From: Macrostomum lignano
Taxonomy: Eukaryota
NCBI GenBank assembly: GCA_002269645.1
Contig: NIVC01000217.1
Coordinates: 124,001 to 188,000 of the forward strand
Length of the DNA: 64,000 nucleotides
Direction: 5' to 3'
The first letter of the stretch is position 1. Every line of letters starts with the position of its first letter. The notes under the pieces are model-generated. The model was not told the DNA's origin. It did no database searches and saw nothing but the letters and a program-made list of their open reading frames with translations. Shown one piece after another: positions 61,945 to 64,000 of the stretch. Made by a program: the position numbers and the translations under genes.

Positions 61945-64000
61945 GTCACATCTGACACATTCAGTTTGGCGCATCTGACACATTCAGTTTGGCGCATCTG
62001 ACACATTCAGTTTGGCACATCTGACACATTCAGTTTGGCGCATCTGACACATTCAGTTTGGCGCATCTGACACATTCAGTTTGGCACATCTTCAGTTTGG
62101 CGCATCTGACACATTCAGTTTGGCGCATCTGACACATTTAGTTTGGCACATCTATCTGACACATTCAGTTTGGCACATCTATCTGACACATTCAGTTTGG
62201 CGCATCTGACACATTCAGTTTGGCACATCTGACACATTCAGTTTGGCGCATCTGACACATTTAGTTTGGCACATCTATCTGACACATTCAGTTTGGCACA
62301 TCTATCTGACACATTCAGTTTGGCGCATCTGACACATTCAGTTTGGCGCATCTATCTGACACATTCAGTTTGGCACATCTATCTGACACATTCAGTTTGG
62401 CGCATCTGACACATTCAGTTTGGCGCATCTGACACATTCAGTTTGGCACATCTGACACATTCAGTTTGGCACATCTGACACATTCAGTTTGGCACATCTG
62501 ACACATTCATTTTGGCACATCTATCTGACACATTCATTTTGTCACATCTGACACATTTAGTTTGGCGCATCTGACACATTCAGTTTGTCACATCTGACAC
62601 ATTCAGTTTGGCGCATCTGACACATTCAGTTTGGCACATCTGACGCATTCAGTTTGGCACATCTGACACATTCAGTTTGGCGCATCTGACACATTCAAAT
62701 TGGCACATCTGACACATTCAGTTTGTCACATCTGACACATTCAGTTTGGCGCATCTGACACATTCAGTTTGGCACATCTGACGCATTCAGTTTGGCACAT
62801 CTGACACATTCAGTTTGGCGCATCTGACACATTCAGTTTGGCGCATCTATCTGACACATTCAGTTTGGCACATCTATCTGACACATTCAGTTTGGCGCAT
62901 CTGACACATTCAGTTTGGCACATCTATCTGACACATTCAGTTTGGCGCATCTGACACATTCAGTTTGGCGCATCTGACACATTCAGTTTGGCACATCTGA
63001 CACATTCAGTTTGGCACATCTGACACATTCAGTTTGGCACATCTGACACATTCAGTTTGGCACATCTGACACATTCAGTTTGGCGCATCTGACACATTCA
63101 GTTTGGCACATCTGACACATTCAGTTTGGCACATCTGACACATTCAGTTTGGCACATCTGACACATTCAGTTTGTCACATCTGACACATTCAGTTTGGCA
63201 CATCTGACACATTCATTTTGGCACATCTATCTGACACATTCATTTTGTCACATCTGACACATTCAGTTTGGCGCATCTGACACATTCAGTTTGTCACATC
63301 TGACACATTCAGTTTGGCGCATCTGACACATTCAGTTTGGCACATCTGACGCATTCAGTTTGGCACATCTGACACATTCAGTTTGGCGCATCTGACACAT
63401 TCGAATTGGCACATCTGACACATTCAGTTTGTCACATCTGACACATTCAGTTTGGCGCATCTGACACATTCAGTTTGGCACATCTGACGCATTCAGTTTG
63501 GCACATCTGACACATTCAGTTTGGCACATCTGACACATTCAGTTTGTCACATCTGCCACATTCAGTTTGGCACATCTGACACATTCAGTTTGTCACATTT
63601 GACACATTCAGTTTGGCGCATCTGACACATTCAGTTTGGCACATCTGACACATTCAGTTTGGCACATCTGACACATTCAGTTTAACACATCTGACACATT
63701 CAGTTTGTCACATCTGACACATTCAGTTTGGCGCATCTGACACATTCAGTTTGGCGCATCTGACGCATTCAGTTTGGCACATCTGACACATTCAGTTTGT
63801 CACATCTGACACATTCAGTTTGGCGCATCTGACACATTCAGTTTGTCACATCTGACGCATTTAGTTTGGCACATCTGACATATTCAGTTTGGCACATCTG
63901 ACACATTCAGTTTGTCACATCTGACACATTCAGTTTGGCACATCTGACACATTCAGTTTGGCGCATCTGACACATTCAGTTTGGCGCATCCATCTGACAC
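61945..64000. repeat. 23-bp minisatellite running off the window edge
   Basis: catctgacacattcagtttggc(a/g) repeated more than 80 times, with gtca and +tcta variants. Confidence 0.98.

Overview
Animal (eukaryotic) genomic DNA with GT-AG introns, GC-richer exons and about 25 unrelated mini/microsatellite arrays. The style suggests a free-living flatworm such as Macrostomum, but that is inference only. Supported genes: last exon of a Spinster (SPNS) MFS transporter, MRPL50, SREK1IP1, a spliced GT32-type glycosyltransferase (minus strand) with two duplicated alternative first exons, an intronless BK/Slo1 channel, a two-exon 253-aa orphan gene, a PAN/apple-domain exon, an intronless rhodopsin-type peptide GPCR, a four-exon GT-A glycosyltransferase (CAP59/GT69-like) with a frameshift, and the first six exons of scribble. 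Mobile DNA: a decayed Penelope-like element embedded in (TCTA)n, two Mutator-like elements with perfect 9-bp TSDs (one carrying a nested retroposon), tRNA-headed SINEs including a CORE-SINE, MITEs and a possible piggyBac remnant. Best leads: (1) an ~85-nt core shared by dispersed retroposon-like inserts, whose substitutions preserve a minus-strand hairpin as G-U pairs; (2) a dense SRF/Ets/MEF2/AP-1 immediate-early-type TATA promoter with no adjacent ORF; (3) a duplicated first-exon-plus-satellite cassette; (4) a satellite built from a splice acceptor. No CRISPR array, rRNA or true tRNA was found.
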